A stretch of DNA of 64,000 bases, taken from assembly GCF_009914755.1 (NCBI RefSeq), contig NC_060929.1. One strand, 5' to 3'. Under the pieces are notes generated by a model. The model searched no databases. It was not told the DNA's origin and saw only the letters and a program-made list of their open reading frames with translations. Shown here piece after piece: positions 23,169 to 36,855 of the stretch; the first letter of the stretch is position 1; every line of letters begins with the position of its first letter. A program made the position numbers and the translations under genes. The DNA is from the human T2T-CHM13v2.0 reference genome, Homo sapiens.

Positions 23169-25699
23169 TAACTTTCTTCGTTTCAGATAAAGGCACTTAG
23201 TGCAATACATTTCTCTCAAGTACTGCTTTAGCGATATCCTCCAAATTTTTATATTTTTAAAATCATTCAATTCAAAATAATTTCTAATTTCTTTAAAATT
23301 GTATTATGTAAAACATACAGCTTACTTGTACATCTGTTATGAACCTCAACTTCATGTTTAAAATATGTTATTTACTTTCTAAATATTTGAGAACTTTTCA
23401 GAGCTCTTTCTGCGATTGATATCCAATTTAACTCCATTGTAGTCAGAGTACATATTTTGTATAACTTAAGTCATTTTAAATTTATTGAGGCTTATTTTAT
23501 GACTTAGAATATATTGTCTATCTTGATAAATGTTCTGTGTATAAATAACTAGGCAAAGCATAAGTCAAAGTGTTCTATAAATGTCAATAAGTTGGTTAAT
23601 ATTGTTAAAATATTCTGTATTTTTATCGAATTTTTAATGCACTTGTCCCATCAATTATTAAGAGGATGTTAAAACCTCTGACCATAATTGTGGACTTGTT
23701 TAATTCTCCTTGTAGTTCTATCAGTTTTTTTCTTCATGTCATTTAAAGCTCTGTTATTAGGTGCATAAACTTTTGGGATTATTTCTTTTCATGAAATGAT
23801 CTCTTTATAATCATACAATGACTTTCTTGATCCTTGGTGATATTCTTTGCTCTGAAATCTACTTCATAAATATATTATAGCCCACCCCAGCTTTCTTTTT
23901 ATTAGTGTTATGACACGTCTTTTTTTCCCATGTTTTTAGTCTTAATCTCTTTGTGCTTTTATATTTGAAGTGTGTTTCCTATAGGCAGTGCAGAGTTGGG
24001 TCTTGCTCTTTTATTCTAATCTAACACTCTGCCTTGTAATTGTAATATTCAGACCACTTACATTTAAAATGGTTACTTATATTTTTGTGTTTAAATTGAT
24101 CATCATGCTATTGCTTTTCATTTCTTCGATCTGTTCTTCATTCCCCTTTTCCTCATTGTTATATCTTATTTTATATTATTTATTTTGTATTAAATATCAT
24201 AAATGATTCTATTTTGTATCCCCTGTTGACTTAGTAGTTATACATTTTTTTAAAAAATTTAAGTGGTTGCTTTAAAATCCAGTGGTTGCTTTAGGGTGTA
24301 TAGCATACATCTTTAATTTATCACACTCTACTTTCAAATGATATCATATGACTTCACATACAGTATGAGAACCTAACAATGGCATACTTCCATTTCTTCA
24401 CTCTCAACTACTGTGGTATTCTTCTCATACCATGTGCTTGTACATACATTATAAACACCACACTTTATTGTTATTTTTGTTTAAGCAATGAGTTATCAAA
24501 GACACTTAATTCATAATAAAACGGTTTATATATTTGCCCAAGTAGTTTTGGTTCTCTTGTTTGTGGGATATCTGATATAATTTTTCTTCTAATATAAAAG
24601 GATTGACATCCTTTAATATTTCTCCCAGTTGGGGTTTGATGGTGATGAATGATTTTGGCTTTTGTACATCTAAAAAAGTATTTATTTTAACTCAGCAATT
24701 AAAAATTTTTTTACTGGGTGTGGAATTCATTTTGGCAACTTTGTTTGTTTTAGTACTTAAAGACATTGCTCCACTGTTCTGTTTTCCTATAAGAAATCTG
24801 ATGTCATCTTTACTTTTGTTGCTCTGTATATAATGTGTCCTTTTTCTCTTGCTGATTTGAAGTTTTTTTTTCAAGATTTTCATTATTTGTGCTTGATTCT
24901 TGCCCTTGGTGTTTGTTGGGCTTCTTGAAATTTGGGGGTTATAATGTTCATTAGATTCGGTAAAATTTTGGCCATTACTTCTATGAACATTTTTTGTCAT
25001 TTCCCTCCCTCCTGACTCCCACTTTGGGGACTCTGATTATACATATATTAGGTTACTTGAAGTTGTCACACAGCTTTCTGATGCTTTGTTAATTTTTTAA
25101 AAAACCATTTTCTCTTACTATTTTATCTTGCTATATCTTCAAATTCACTAATTTTTTCTTCTGCAGTATCAAATCTGTCACAATACCATCTGCTGTATTT
25201 TCTCAAATCAGATATTGAAAATTTTATCTTTAGAAGTATGATTTAGATCTTTAAAAAATCTTCTATGTCCCTACTTGAATATATGGAATACAGTTATAAA
25301 TGCTTTCATGTCCTTGTCTGATAATTCTAACATCTGTGTCCATTCTGGGTCAGTTTTGATTGATCATTCTCATTATGGATCACATTTTCTTGCTTCTTTG
25401 CATGACTTTTTTATGATATTCTGGACATTTTAAATTGTCTTGCTGGATACTATATATTTTTGTATTCCTATCAATATTCATGGACTTTGTTCTGTGATGC
25501 AGTTAACTTAGTAGGAAACAATTGGATCCTTTTTAGTCTTAATTTTAAGATTTGTTATGCAAGACCTGAGTAGTGCTTAGTCTAGGGCTTATTTTCGATT
25601 GCTGAGGCAAGATCCTTCTGTGTATCTATTTAATCAATTGTGAAGTTTTAAAAATCTGTCTGTGGGAACATGCTCTATATCCAGCCCTGTGCAGTGTTT

Positions 25700-26167
25700 G
25701 TTTTTTTTTAAAAAAAATGTCAACATTTATTTTAGGTTCAGGGGGTACATGTGCAGCTCTGTTACATGGGTATATTGTGTGATGCTGAGGTTTGGGGTAT
25801 AAATGATCCCATCACCTAGGTAGTGAGCATGGTACCCAGTAGGTAGTTTTTCAGCCTTTGCCCCCATTTCTCCCTCCTCCCTCCAGTAGTCCTCAGTGTC
25901 TATTGTTCCCATCTTTATGTCCATGCGTACCCAATGTTTAGCTCCCACATATAAGTGAGAACCTGTGGTGTCTGGGTTTCTGTTCCTGCATTTCTGTTCA
26001 CTTAGGATAATGGCCTCCAGCTGCATCTGTGTTGCTGTAAAGGACATAATTTAATTTTGTATGGCTGTGTAGTATTCCATGGTGCATATGTACCACATCT
26101 TCTTTATCCAAATCACCGTTGATAAGCATTAGGTTGGCTCCATGTCTTTGCTATCGTGAATAGTGTG
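25700..26167 (-). mobile_element. Older L1PA/L1PB 3' end inserted in L1M
   Basis: 'gggggtacatgtgcag...atgatcccatcacc...gctcccacatataagtgagaac'; ORF 25727-26047 reads like the L1 ORF2 C-terminus and 3'UTR. Confidence 0.9.
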
Positions 26168-27802
26168 TGGCAGGAGTTCTAACCTCTAATCCTATTAGGT
26201 GGTTCTTTCTCCAGCCTTTGGTGGTTTCCTCACATGTATTTTCTGATCAATACTCAGCTGAATACTCAAGGAAGACTTTCTGCAGATCTCTCTGTGAAGC
26301 TCTTACCTTTCCCGTACTTTGTTCAGAGAACTCTAGTTTAATTTGAATTTCTGACACTCTCAGCTCCACATCCTAAACTCTAGGAAGCCTCTGGACTCCA
26401 CTTGAGTTTCCCCTCCCTGTATTGTGGTCTGGAAATTCTCAAGGCAATAAAGCTAAGCAATTGTAAGGTTCACCTCACTTGTTTCCTGTCTTTTAGCAGT
26501 AATTATATTTCATTCCTTGCAGTCTAGTGTCTTGAAAATCACTATTTAACATATTTTTTCTTTTTCTTTTTTGTAATTTCAGGCAGGCAGGAGAGTAAAT
26601 CTAGTACCTTTTACTTCATCTTGGCTGGAAAGCAGAAGGCACATGAACACTTTAAAGGTTTTTAATACATAGAGCAAAATTGATGTTCAGTAACATCAGA
26701 TAATAAATGACAGATGTTGAACCCAAGGTTATTTATCTTAATGGCTATCATTTTATTAAATATGTGTCAATTTGATAAGTAGCAAACATTATTTTTTAAT
26801 ATGCCATTCTTTTAATGACCAGTGAAATATAATGTACTTTCACCTCTTTATCTGCCATTTCTATTTCCTCCTTGGTGGTATTGACTGTTCATCATCTTTG
26901 CCATATTTTCATTAAGTTTCAAGGAGTAGTATCAGAGTCAGCACCAAGGGCAGAGAGGCCAGTCAAACCCTTCAGATTCCTGTTCCTGCTCTGTGTGCAG
27001 ATAGAGGCTGTGGAACAGGAGGAGGGATGAAGTAGGATGGAGAAGATAATCTAAGGTGCTCTGAAAGCCAGAGAGAGCCTATTACCTAACCCAGAACATC
27101 AACTAACTAGTTCTTTGTTAGCAGCAAGGGAGATGTAATTAAAGTCTAGGAACTAAACTCTTTACAGTTTCTTCCAACAATGCGCTGCCTGTGTGTGTTT
27201 GCAGGTGGTACCAGTGATCTGGATTTACTGGCAACCTTGTGGAAGTGACTGGGGGGGTTTGGCAAATAGAACTGTGTTGGTGTGCTTGGGCCAAATAAAA
27301 CTCTATTTCAAATAAAGTTATGTTCATTCTTTGGCCCATTTCATTTGGAAAAAACGGCAGTTTAGTAAATTGCCCTCATCATCCTGCTTGAGAAACATAC
27401 AGATAAAGGTAAGTAGAGACAGGGTTATCTGAAATTCCAGGTTCACTTCAGCAAACTGAAAGGTTGTTTGTTTTTTAAATGGACTACATATCTTTGATTA
27501 TATGACTCTAATATAGTATGTGCAAGAATATTTTATATTATGTCAATTTCCAAAATGAATAAATATTTTAAAATGAAACTGACACTTTAACTTGGCAGAC
27601 CAAGTTATAATAATTTGCAGACTGTCCAATGTCAATCTTCTCAAAAATCCTTAAATAAGAAACCTACATACCAAATTACAGGGTTGGAATAATACAAAAT
27701 ATATGTATGTAAGCATATTCACACATATACCAGGGCCATTGTTAGTTTGTGCATTTACTGTAAAGAATTAGGAGCTGGTCACGGGTATTCCAGTGATTCA
27801 TT

Positions 27803-28178
27803 TGTATATTAGTCTGCTCAGGCTGCTGTAGCAAAATACCACAGATAGGGTGGCTTAAACAACAGAAATTGATTTTCTCACATTTCTGCATCCTAGAAGT
27901 CCAAGATCAGGGTGCCATCAGGGTTGGTTCTCCAAAGGCCTCTCTCCCTGGCTGGTAGATGGCCACCTTCTTGCTGCACATGGCCTTTTCTCTGTGTGCA
28001 CACCTGCTGGGTGCCTCTTCCTCTTCTAAGGACACTAGTCTTGTTGGATTAGTGCCCCACCCATATGACCTTACTTAACCTTAATTATCTCTTAAAAGGC
28101 CCTATCTCAAATACAGTCACACTGGGGGTTAGAGCTTCAACATATAAATTTTGGGAGGAAACAATGCAGTCCATAACA
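27803..28178 (-). mobile_element. MLT1B-type MaLR solo LTR
   Basis: 'tattagtctgctcaggctgctgtagcaaaatacc...gcagtccataaca'. Confidence 0.88.
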
Positions 28179-28539
28179 ATCTGCAAGGGGGTTCCTGTGC
28201 TTCAAGGGGAGGAAGGGAAATATAGAATTTAGGCTTAGTTTCAGTTTCCTGATGGTTTTAGGAAGAACATTGTTAAGAAGGTATGAACGTCTTGCTATTA
28301 TAGACCCTGAATTTAGCAGTGGTGGTCAGTCTGGGAAGAGTATCATATTTGGGAACAAGATAATTCACCAAGGCACAGGAAACATCAGTGAACTAGGGTC
28401 TACCTCTAGAGATACTACAGAATATTACCAAGGTTTTATTTCCTTTTTAAAGGCAAATAGGAAGCTTTAAATGATGTACACGGGTTTCCTAATTTTTGAA
28501 TCCTTTTGGTTTGAAGGCTTACTTGAAAAACAAAAGTTA

Positions 28540-28848
28540 GGCCAGGCACAGAGGCTCACACCTGTAATCCTAGCATTTGGGAAGCCAAAGTCAGCGGACT
28601 GCTTGAGCTCAGGAGTTCAAGACCAGCCTGGACAACATGGTGAAACCCCATCTCTACAAAAAAAGAAAAAAAATACAAAAGTTACGCAGGTGTGGTAGTG
28701 TGTGCCTGTAGTCCCAGCTACTTGGGAGCCTGAGGTGGGAGGATCACTTTAGCTCAGGAGACAGAGATTGCAGTGAGCCGAGATTGTGCCACTGCACTCC
28801 AGCCTGGGCAACAGAGCCAGACCCTGTCTCAAAAAAAAAAAAAAAAAA
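28540..28848 (+). mobile_element. AluJ, full length
   Basis: Dimeric Alu with A tail; TSD-like 'acaaaagtta/acaaaagtca'. Confidence 0.95.
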
Positions 28849-28948
28849 GACAAAAGTCATCCTAGCATAGACATATCCACCAGAAAATGAACAACTTAAG
28901 AATTAGTGACCACTCAAACATCACTTCCTGCTGAACATTAGTACCTAG

Positions 28949-29149
28949 CCAATGGTGTGCTCAAGCTGGCTCAGAGGGATTTTCAGAGTCAACATACAGA
29001 TCTTTTCCCAACTCCCAATTCAGTGACATCACACTGGAAGCTTGACGTTGGCCATAGTGGAGTATTTACACTATGGCAGTTGGCCAACAGTATAAGTCAG
29101 AGCTTTTGACTTTCTGATAATTTTTTTTTAATTACCAGAAAATCACTGG
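28949..29149. mobile_element. MER63-type hAT MITE
   Basis: Termini 'ccaatggtgtgct' / 'aaaatcactgg'; internal 'cccaactcccaattcagtgacatcacactgg...agtatttacac'. Confidence 0.75.
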
Positions 29150-29787
29150 ATTTCTTCATGCCCATTGGCTCATTATTATTGCTGGACCACTTACTATTGA
29201 TTGTTGAAAACACCTAAAATAAAATAAAAATTCAGTGTAAAAAAGGCAAAGTGAAACTATATACTCTATAAAATTTTGTAAAAGATTGAAAATTGTAAGA
29301 CATTGATGAAAGTGATATTGAGCTGCTGTTCAAAACACACATAGCCATTGACAAATAAAGATACCAGAGAATTTTGTAAGTTACCAACTAAAGAAGGAAA
29401 ATTGGCCAAATACACACTTGAATGTAATGTATTACACATAAAAATATGAAGAGGCCCTACTGAAAACTTGTGAAACTGTCAATATTTTTTCAAAAGTATT
29501 CCTTTTACTTATAGCACAATAATCCAACCTGAAATTACAATGTCCTCATTGATGCTATTAGAGACTTTTTTGAAAAATTTTCACCCTCCATTTCTAAAAA
29601 TAGTACCTAATTATATATATTATCTAAATTTGTATTATAAAAGAACTTACTTTAATAATTTTAATTTCCTTTTAACATAAAATTTAGGTTAATGTTTTCT
29701 TTGTCATGTAGATTTTAAGTGATTTAAAGGATTCTTTCCAAGTTTCAATTTTGCTCAGATAACAAAACACTGGAAATGTTTATTAAG

Positions 29788-29833
29788 CATCCATCCATCC
29801 AACCATCCATCTATCCATCCATCCATCCATCCA
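29788..29833. repeat. (ATCC)n tetranucleotide repeat
   Basis: Seen directly. Confidence 0.92.
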
Positions 29834-29849
29834 AAGGCAGAGTGAAACT

Positions 29850-30345
29850 CTATCCATTTATTCATCAAACGTTAACCGAGTATCTGCTACGTTTTAGGTA
29901 CTGTAACAGTGTTTGGGAATACTGAGATGAGTAAGATAGTGTTCTTGCCGTTAAAAGTTCATTCTAGTAGGAAGACATATGTATAATTAAATTACAGTAT
30001 AACTAGAGAGGAGGTGACAGTAAGAGCACATACACAGTCAGAGAAGTTTGATAGTGAGGAGAGTGATGAACTTTATGTGATAGAGCTAGGAAGGACCTGA
30101 GATAACGGAAGGCTGAATTCCAGCACCACCCCCGTGGAAAGCCCTTCTTCAATCCTTAGTCTGGTTTAGCTGTCCCTCATCTATGCTGTGATGGCAACCT
30201 ATTGCAGTTGTAGCCTTATGTATCTGTCTATCTAAACTAAGTACACCTTGAGGACAGAGATAGTTTTTATATCCCTTGAATGTAGCAAAACTCTGCTACA
30301 TGCTTGGTGCTCAGTTAAGATATAAAAAAATGAATGAATAAATGA
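29850..30345. mobile_element. L2 fragments (minus, then plus 3' end)
   Basis: 'attcatcaaacgttaaccgagtatctgctac' and 'cttgaggacagagata...tgaatgaataaatgaa'. Confidence 0.65.
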
Positions 30346-30384
30346 AGGAAGAAGGGCATTGGAGACAATGTTACTTAGGAGGAG

Positions 30385-30564
30385 TGTCTTAGTCTTGGCT
30401 GCTATAACAAAATACCATAGACTGGATGGCTTAAACAACAAATATTTATTTCTCACAGTTCTGGAGGCTGGGGAGTCTAAAACCAAGGTGCTGACAGATT
30501 TGATGTCTGGCAAAGGCCTTATTCCTGGGTTGCAGATGGCTACCTTCTTGTTGTTTCCTCACAT

Positions 30565-30599
<35 letters not shown>

Positions 30600-30746
30600 T
30601 GGCTCTTCCTGTAAGGGTACTAGTCCCTCATAACTGCATCTAAACCTAATTACCTTCCAAAGGCCCCAGCTCCAAATACCATCACTTTAGAGATAAGGGC
30701 TTCAACGTATGAATTTGGGGAGGACACACATATTCAGTCCATAGCA
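30385..30746 (-). mobile_element. MLT1A0 solo LTR with internal (GA)n
   Basis: 'tgtcttagtcttggctgctataacaaaatacc...cagtccatagca'; 5-bp TSD aggag on both sides. Confidence 0.92.
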
Positions 30747-30749
30747 AGG

Positions 30750-31170
30750 AGTTTGAAGAATAAATTGAATTTACCCAGAAGGTCTCGGAATTCAGGGTGG
30801 AGAATGAAGGCAGAGAGATTAGCATTCAAATATAAGGAACCATAAAACCAGCATACAGTTTGGCAAGTTTAGGAAACTGAGTTGTTTTTGCTATTTTTGA
30901 AGTTTGGGGCAACAGAACTGTTAGGGAGAGGCAGGACCCGTGTTCCTTAGCTTTCATGTTTTACATAATTTTTTTCTTTGCAGGGAATGAAAGTTATTCA
31001 AGGCTTTCAAGCAGAGACCTTGAATATGTCTCTATGTTTTGGAAACATCATTCTCTGGGCAAAGCAGAGAATGGTTTGGAAATAGAGAATCTAGTCCAAG
31101 AGGCAGGAACACCACTTTGGAAACTATTGCAATAGTCCAAGGGAAGGATAATGAAAATTTGAACGAAGGG
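30750..31170 (-). mobile_element. L2 fragment
   Basis: 'aggctttcaagcag...ggaaacatcattctct...aactattgcaatagtccaagggaag'. Confidence 0.65.
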
Positions 31171-33324
31171 ATTTTTTTTGGTGGGGGTAGGGGGAGTTGA
31201 ATTATTGCTTGTAGATCAGCACAGAGTGGAAAAAGGGAAGCTGGGGGTAAACATTGCCCCCCTGTGAGAGAGAGGAATCATTTCTTAATGCATGTTTGGC
31301 CTGGACTCAAATCTTTGAAACAATAGCAACAACAGTGGCTGCCACTTACTGAAGACTTACTAAGGGCCAGGGACTGTTGAAGATCTTTATACACATTAGC
31401 ACATTTGATACTCATAAGTAAGGACAGGGCTGAGATTTCAAGCATCCCCCTTTCCTCTGAACGCAGTCGTATTGTGAAGGTTTGTCCAAGTACGTGCAGC
31501 TTGTGGAGCTCTCTGGTTGTTTCCCATGAGTTTCTTTTTCTCCCCTGTCTAGACTGATGTTTCTTAATAACAGGAGCTGTGTCCTAATCTTCTTATGATA
31601 GCTCCTAAACTGAAGTAGATACTTATATTTTGTCAGTTAGGATGTAACAATGCAAACATGTAATTTAGATGCCCCCGAGACTGATTTATTCCCACAGGAA
31701 GGAAGCAAGGATGACCATAAATTTTCTGAAGCTAGGGCACTCCAGATTTCTCCTCAAATCCATCCTGTTTGGATTCCAACATTTGGCTCCATCATTCTAT
31801 CAATACTTATTAAATCAGGGATCTGTGGCAGGAGGCCAGAGAACACCTGATGGCTGAGATCCTCTCTTTCAAATTTTTATGCTTTATTGAATAGAAGATC
31901 CCTATAAACTGTCTCTCGAGGGAAGCACTTTCTCATCCTCTTTCCCCATGTACACAAGCAAGAATCTGTCCTCCTGAACACGAGTCTAACTTATGGGAGC
32001 TGAGAGATCCAGGGCTGGATTCACAACAGGCCGACCACGCCTGGCCCCCAGCAACATGGCACTGCCCAAATCACCTACGTGCCTGTCAGGAGCAGTCAGG
32101 GGTGCATGGCTGTGGTGGGTAGGAAGGAGCAGAAGTTCCAGGTATGTAAAAGCCTAACTAGTAATATCCATGTCTCATCAACATTGTAGTAATAATACCA
32201 ATTATATTTTTTAAAGAATAAATTAGTGTCCAAGAGAAATTGCCCCACATCCAGCCACATTATGCTGGAGGATGGTGAGAGATGCTTTTCATCACGTGTC
32301 TTGGTGTGAGCATTCCTGCCCCTTACTCCTCTTTACAGTAACTCAAACATCTCTGCACCTCCTATAGGCTTTCATACACAACCTCCTTCCAAAGGTGAAA
32401 GCCCCAGTTTCCCACTCCTCCACACACAGACCTGGAGACCTGGAGTTTCCATCCCTCCTGTTGTCCCCTCTGCCCCCAACTGGCCTGTCTGAAGATGCCC
32501 AGGGACTACTTTAGTTCCCAGGCAAGACGGGGCAATTCTAGTTTCCCTAAATCATTTTGTGATTTCTATTTTGCCTAGTGATATTTTATACAGGAGTCCT
32601 TCTTTAAAAGGCATTTTGAAGTCTTTAAAGACTAATTATGAGTGCATTGGGAAGTGCACTGTGATGAAAGGAAGTCTTACAGGCTGAGGGTAAAACGTTT
32701 TGCATGACTCAGTGGGGCCCTTGGGCATATTTCAGTGGGTTTCATGGGCTTCTCACAATACATAGTTGTCTGAAAAGGGGAGGCTTTGCCCAGGTGGTAA
32801 TTACATAGACGGCAAGTGTGGTAAAAACCAGCTCTGGAAAAGCCTCTCATGGGAGATTCTGGCTAGGACAGCTATAATTTTGTGCCTATTCTCTCTGACC
32901 CTGGGGACTTTCAACTGGATTAGCCAAAGGCATTCCCTGTTGATTCCAGCCTTTGAGGGCCCTCATCACACACCTCCACTCCCCTGCCCTCTCTGCCCCA
33001 CTGCAGTCCTGGCTGGGCCTCCTTGATTCAGCAAGCCCCACAAATTGCTAATGGGATCAGGGCTGGAAGACCCAGATTTTGAACAAAGCTAGGTCAAGCC
33101 CTGGCATGTGTGTTTTGGTATATGGCATTTGTTCCTGAAATGGCCAGCTATCTAAGCAGGAGAGGCATGGATCTGGAGCTGGGGAAACTTGGTCCTGGCT
33201 CTTCAATCATGACCTATGGGACCTTCAGCCCATCACTTCTCCTCCCTGGGTTATGGTTTCTTCAGCTTTAAAGTGAGAGAATTTTACCAGGACTCTGCGA
33301 TCTCTTTCAGCTTTTAAAATGTGT

Positions 33325-33732
33325 AATGTTTTCAACTCTGGGCACACATCAAATTCAAACCCAGGCAGCTTTCCAAACACGCCGAGGGCCGGGCCACATC
33401 TCCAGAGACTCTGAATTGGGCTGGTGTAGCACCTAGGTCCAGGGACAGATCCAGGTCCATGGGGCCTAAGGAGCATACAGTTTGAGGGCCTGGTTAAGAA
33501 GAACAAAATAATATCTTACTTTTACAACTTTTACAAAAGTATGACTTTGTGAACACATCACTGTGGTCCCTTCTATCCTGGAGCCTTGGGAATAGTTTGT
33601 GCAAATGAGTGACCCTGAAGGTTCACTTCATTGTTTGAGAGTAAGTCTAGGGATGCCCCGGCATCAGTATGTTGTAAACGTTCCCCACATGATTTCACCA
33701 CGCACAGTTGCCATGTGAGAACCACTGGGGTA
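33325..33732. mobile_element. MER5-type MITE split by a nested hAT-like MITE (~33440-33640)
   Basis: MER5 halves at 33325-33438 and 33645-33732; insert starts 'cagggacagatccaggtccatggggcctaag'. Confidence 0.55.
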
Positions 33733-33789
33733 GACAGGTTTTCAATCCAAAGGTTGGTACTCCAGAGTATGAAAGTACATGGTAACCTG

Positions 33790-34090
33790 TGCATCTCTGC
33801 CTAGAATGTCTTTGTTTGGAAATTTCTCTTCCAGGCATCTCTCTCCTAATTGATTCCCACTCACCACTAAGGCTCACATTGGAGATCACCTCCTCTGGGC
33901 AGCCTTTCCTAATTCTCTATAGTTAGTTACTCCCTTGTATTTGTCTCAGATTCATGCATATCTCTGACCTAGCTCTTCCTATGCTCTAATTATTTCTTTG
34001 TACTTCTTCCTCCCCGACTAACCTGTAAGCTCCTTAGGCATCTTGGCATCCCCAGGACCTAGCACAGTAACCAGCACATGAGACCTTTAT
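33790..34090 (+). mobile_element. L2 3' region
   Basis: 'ctctgcctagaatg...cacctcctctgggcagcctttcc...gactaacctgtaagctcctt...cctagcacagt'. Confidence 0.75.
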
Positions 34091-34418
34091 GAAAAATATG
34101 AAAAAAACAAATTGGAAAGTATTCTTATTTTTACATAGAAGACTCTCTTCATCCCCCACTCCACCTACATGATATTTTCCAGCCTCTTCTTTCAATAACA
34201 AATAAAGATGCCACCCTTAACATCCATTCAGATTCTCCTTGTTTACAAAGGTAAGCTCTCAAACTCCCTACCAATGCCATCCACCAGTTTATTGGGCACA
34301 ACTAGATGAATTGTTGGATGACTTTGTTGCTGGGCAGGAGGACATCAGCACAGAATGTGGTGTGTCACACAGGGTCCTGGCAAGAACCAGGGGGACCAGA
34401 AGGCACATTGAGCTGAGA

Positions 34419-34727
34419 TTTTTGTTTTGTTTTGTTTGTTTTTTTGAGAAAGAGTGTCGCTCTATCATCTAGGCTGGAGTGCGGTGGCATGATCTTGGCT
34501 TACTGCAACCTCTGCCTCCCACGTTCAAGTGATTCTCCTGCCTCAGCTTCCTGAGTAGCTGGGACTATGGGCGCATGCCACCATACCCGGATAACTTTTG
34601 TATTTCTAGTAGAGACAGGGTTTCACCATGTTGGCTAGGTTGGTCTTGAACTCCTGACCCCAGGTAATCCACCTGTTTTTCCCTCCTAAAGTGCTGGGAT
34701 TACAGGGGTGAGCCACTGTGCCTGGCC
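34419..34727 (-). mobile_element. AluS, full length
   Basis: Dimeric Alu; TSD 'agctgagattttt' on both sides. Confidence 0.95.
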
Positions 34728-34769
34728 TCAGCTGAGATTTTTAAGACAACTTAAGGTAAGAACCATTTC

Positions 34770-34950
34770 CCCTCCACCTTCCTGCTGGTGCCTCCCTCTG
34801 ACCAAAACCAACTGGCAGCCAGAAGAGGAATGAGGCCCAGTAATACACAAACATAAGGATCAGATACCCCGACCCCAGCTCAGAGTTGGGTTGATATAGG
34901 TGGATAATGGATCTGGGGAGGGAAGATTAGACAGAAAAACCAGCAGAAAA
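34770..34950 (-). mobile_element. Old ERVL LTR fragment (LTR33-like)
   Basis: 'cctccctctgaccaaaaccaactggcagccagaag...ggatctggggag'. Confidence 0.5.
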
Positions 34951-35355
34951 TGGATGATGTTATATTGCCAGAAGCAGGGGAAGTAATTGGATGTTGTCTA
35001 TATCTGCAATTAGTAGATGTCATTTAAAGTGGCTCTGCTGTACTTTTTACTTTAAGTGAAAAACTTACCAAACCTTAGGTGGGAAACTTGCCAAACTAGC
35101 TTAAAAGTAAAGATAGATAGCAAAAATATTTCTATGTAATCAGCTGCTATGTTCTAGAAAAGAAAAGAACCAGCCTGTAGGAGTTTTGACTCCCACCTTC
35201 CTGTTCTTGCCCTTCATTTTTGAAAGGCAATTATTCTTGTTTCTACTGGAATCTCATTTTCTCCCCAGGCCCCACAGCTGTTGGCACTGACTTCTTTCCC
35301 TACCACCTCCCATGTCATACCAGAGATGTCTAAGGTATTCTCCTTCCCAACGTAA

Positions 35356-35785
<430 letters not shown>

Positions 35786-36729
35786 CCCATTGCCAATCTT
35801 GAAGGAAAAGAGGAACAGCACCTGCCGGTGTTGTGCACCCCAGAGAGGTGGGGCTAAAGGATGACTCACTCTTGGCCCCTGGTACTGAGGACTGCAGGTG
35901 TCTGCAATCCTGGAGGAGGCCAGTAGGGGCGTCCCACCTCACACTCCCATTTTATCCTCATCTGCTCCTACTTAACAGGTCCTCTGCCTGCTCCTGCTCA
36001 CCCTACTGACCTGTCTCCCTCACACAGGGAGTCCCCAGAAGCAGAGAGAGGAGCGTCCTCTCAGAGGACTTGCCAGGAAGCTTTCTTCTGCCTGGAGTCC
36101 ACCGTTTTCCCTCAATCTGGCTGCCCACCACCTTTCTTTCTCTGCTTCTCTCACTCTCATATTCCCGCAGATGGGAGATGACAGTGTAAGGGGGAGGTGA
36201 ATGGGATTCTTTTGTTTCTCTGGTCCTTAAAGTCTATAGGGGAGAGTTTCAGAATAAGGATGTGACTGATCCTAATCACTTTTGAATTTTCTAGTCTCTT
36301 AGGCTTGTGGTTAAGACTGGGATCTGGGATGGGGAACCACATTTGTCAAGGACGTAATAGTTTTCTCCTCAGCTTTCTAGAAAGAATGAGGGATTTTAAT
36401 GGAGCTAGAGCAAGAGCTCAGCAGAGCTAGGGAGAAACAAAGAATTATCTTGGCTAAGACTGAGGGTAGCTTCAGGAAGGGCTGAGGTACCTGGGCATGT
36501 AAGGCTGTGTCTGCCTGGAGAGGTCATCAGAGGGGCTCCTGTGGGAGGAGTCAGAGGGGGCCAGGTGTTGTTCCGTGCCTGAGCCTGCAGGTGTGGGAGT
36601 GGAGCCAGGAGCCTTTGGGCCTGAGGCTGCAAAGACGTTTCCTTCCTACTTCTTCTGGGGATTATGAGTCACTGAGTTGCAGATAGGGGATGACTCCAAA
36701 GGACTAGGGAGTCACTAATACAAGTGTCC

Positions 36730-36855
36730 TGTTAGGTTGGGATTTCCTTGAGGGCAGGGTTCATGGTGTCTTCCTTGTAACTTAGCCCCCAGAACAACAC
36801 CTGATACTCAGTAGGTGCTGAAAGGATGGTTGCTGAGTGAATGAATGAATGAAGA
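36730..36855 (+). mobile_element. L2 3' tail
   Basis: 'ccttgagggcagggt...cagtaggtgct...gagtgaatgaatgaatgaa'. Confidence 0.75.

Larger units (their letters stand above)
20570..26640 (-). mobile_element. Large old L1M element (ORF2, ORF1 and 5' region remnants), heavily nested
   Basis: Antisense L1 ORF2-like text ('attgcctttgcacctttgtc', 'gttgaatctatagaccaatttgggg'); ORF 24692-25000 has L1 ORF1-like fragments (QIMKILK...RTHY). Confidence 0.88.

Noticed and set aside
24262-24292. Short duplication agtggttgcttta (similar cases at 7873-7900 and 57822-57853)
   Set aside because: Ordinary slippage-type micro-duplications within old repeats.
35917-35935. CTCF-like ccagtaggggcg
   Set aside because: One G short of the required core spacing.
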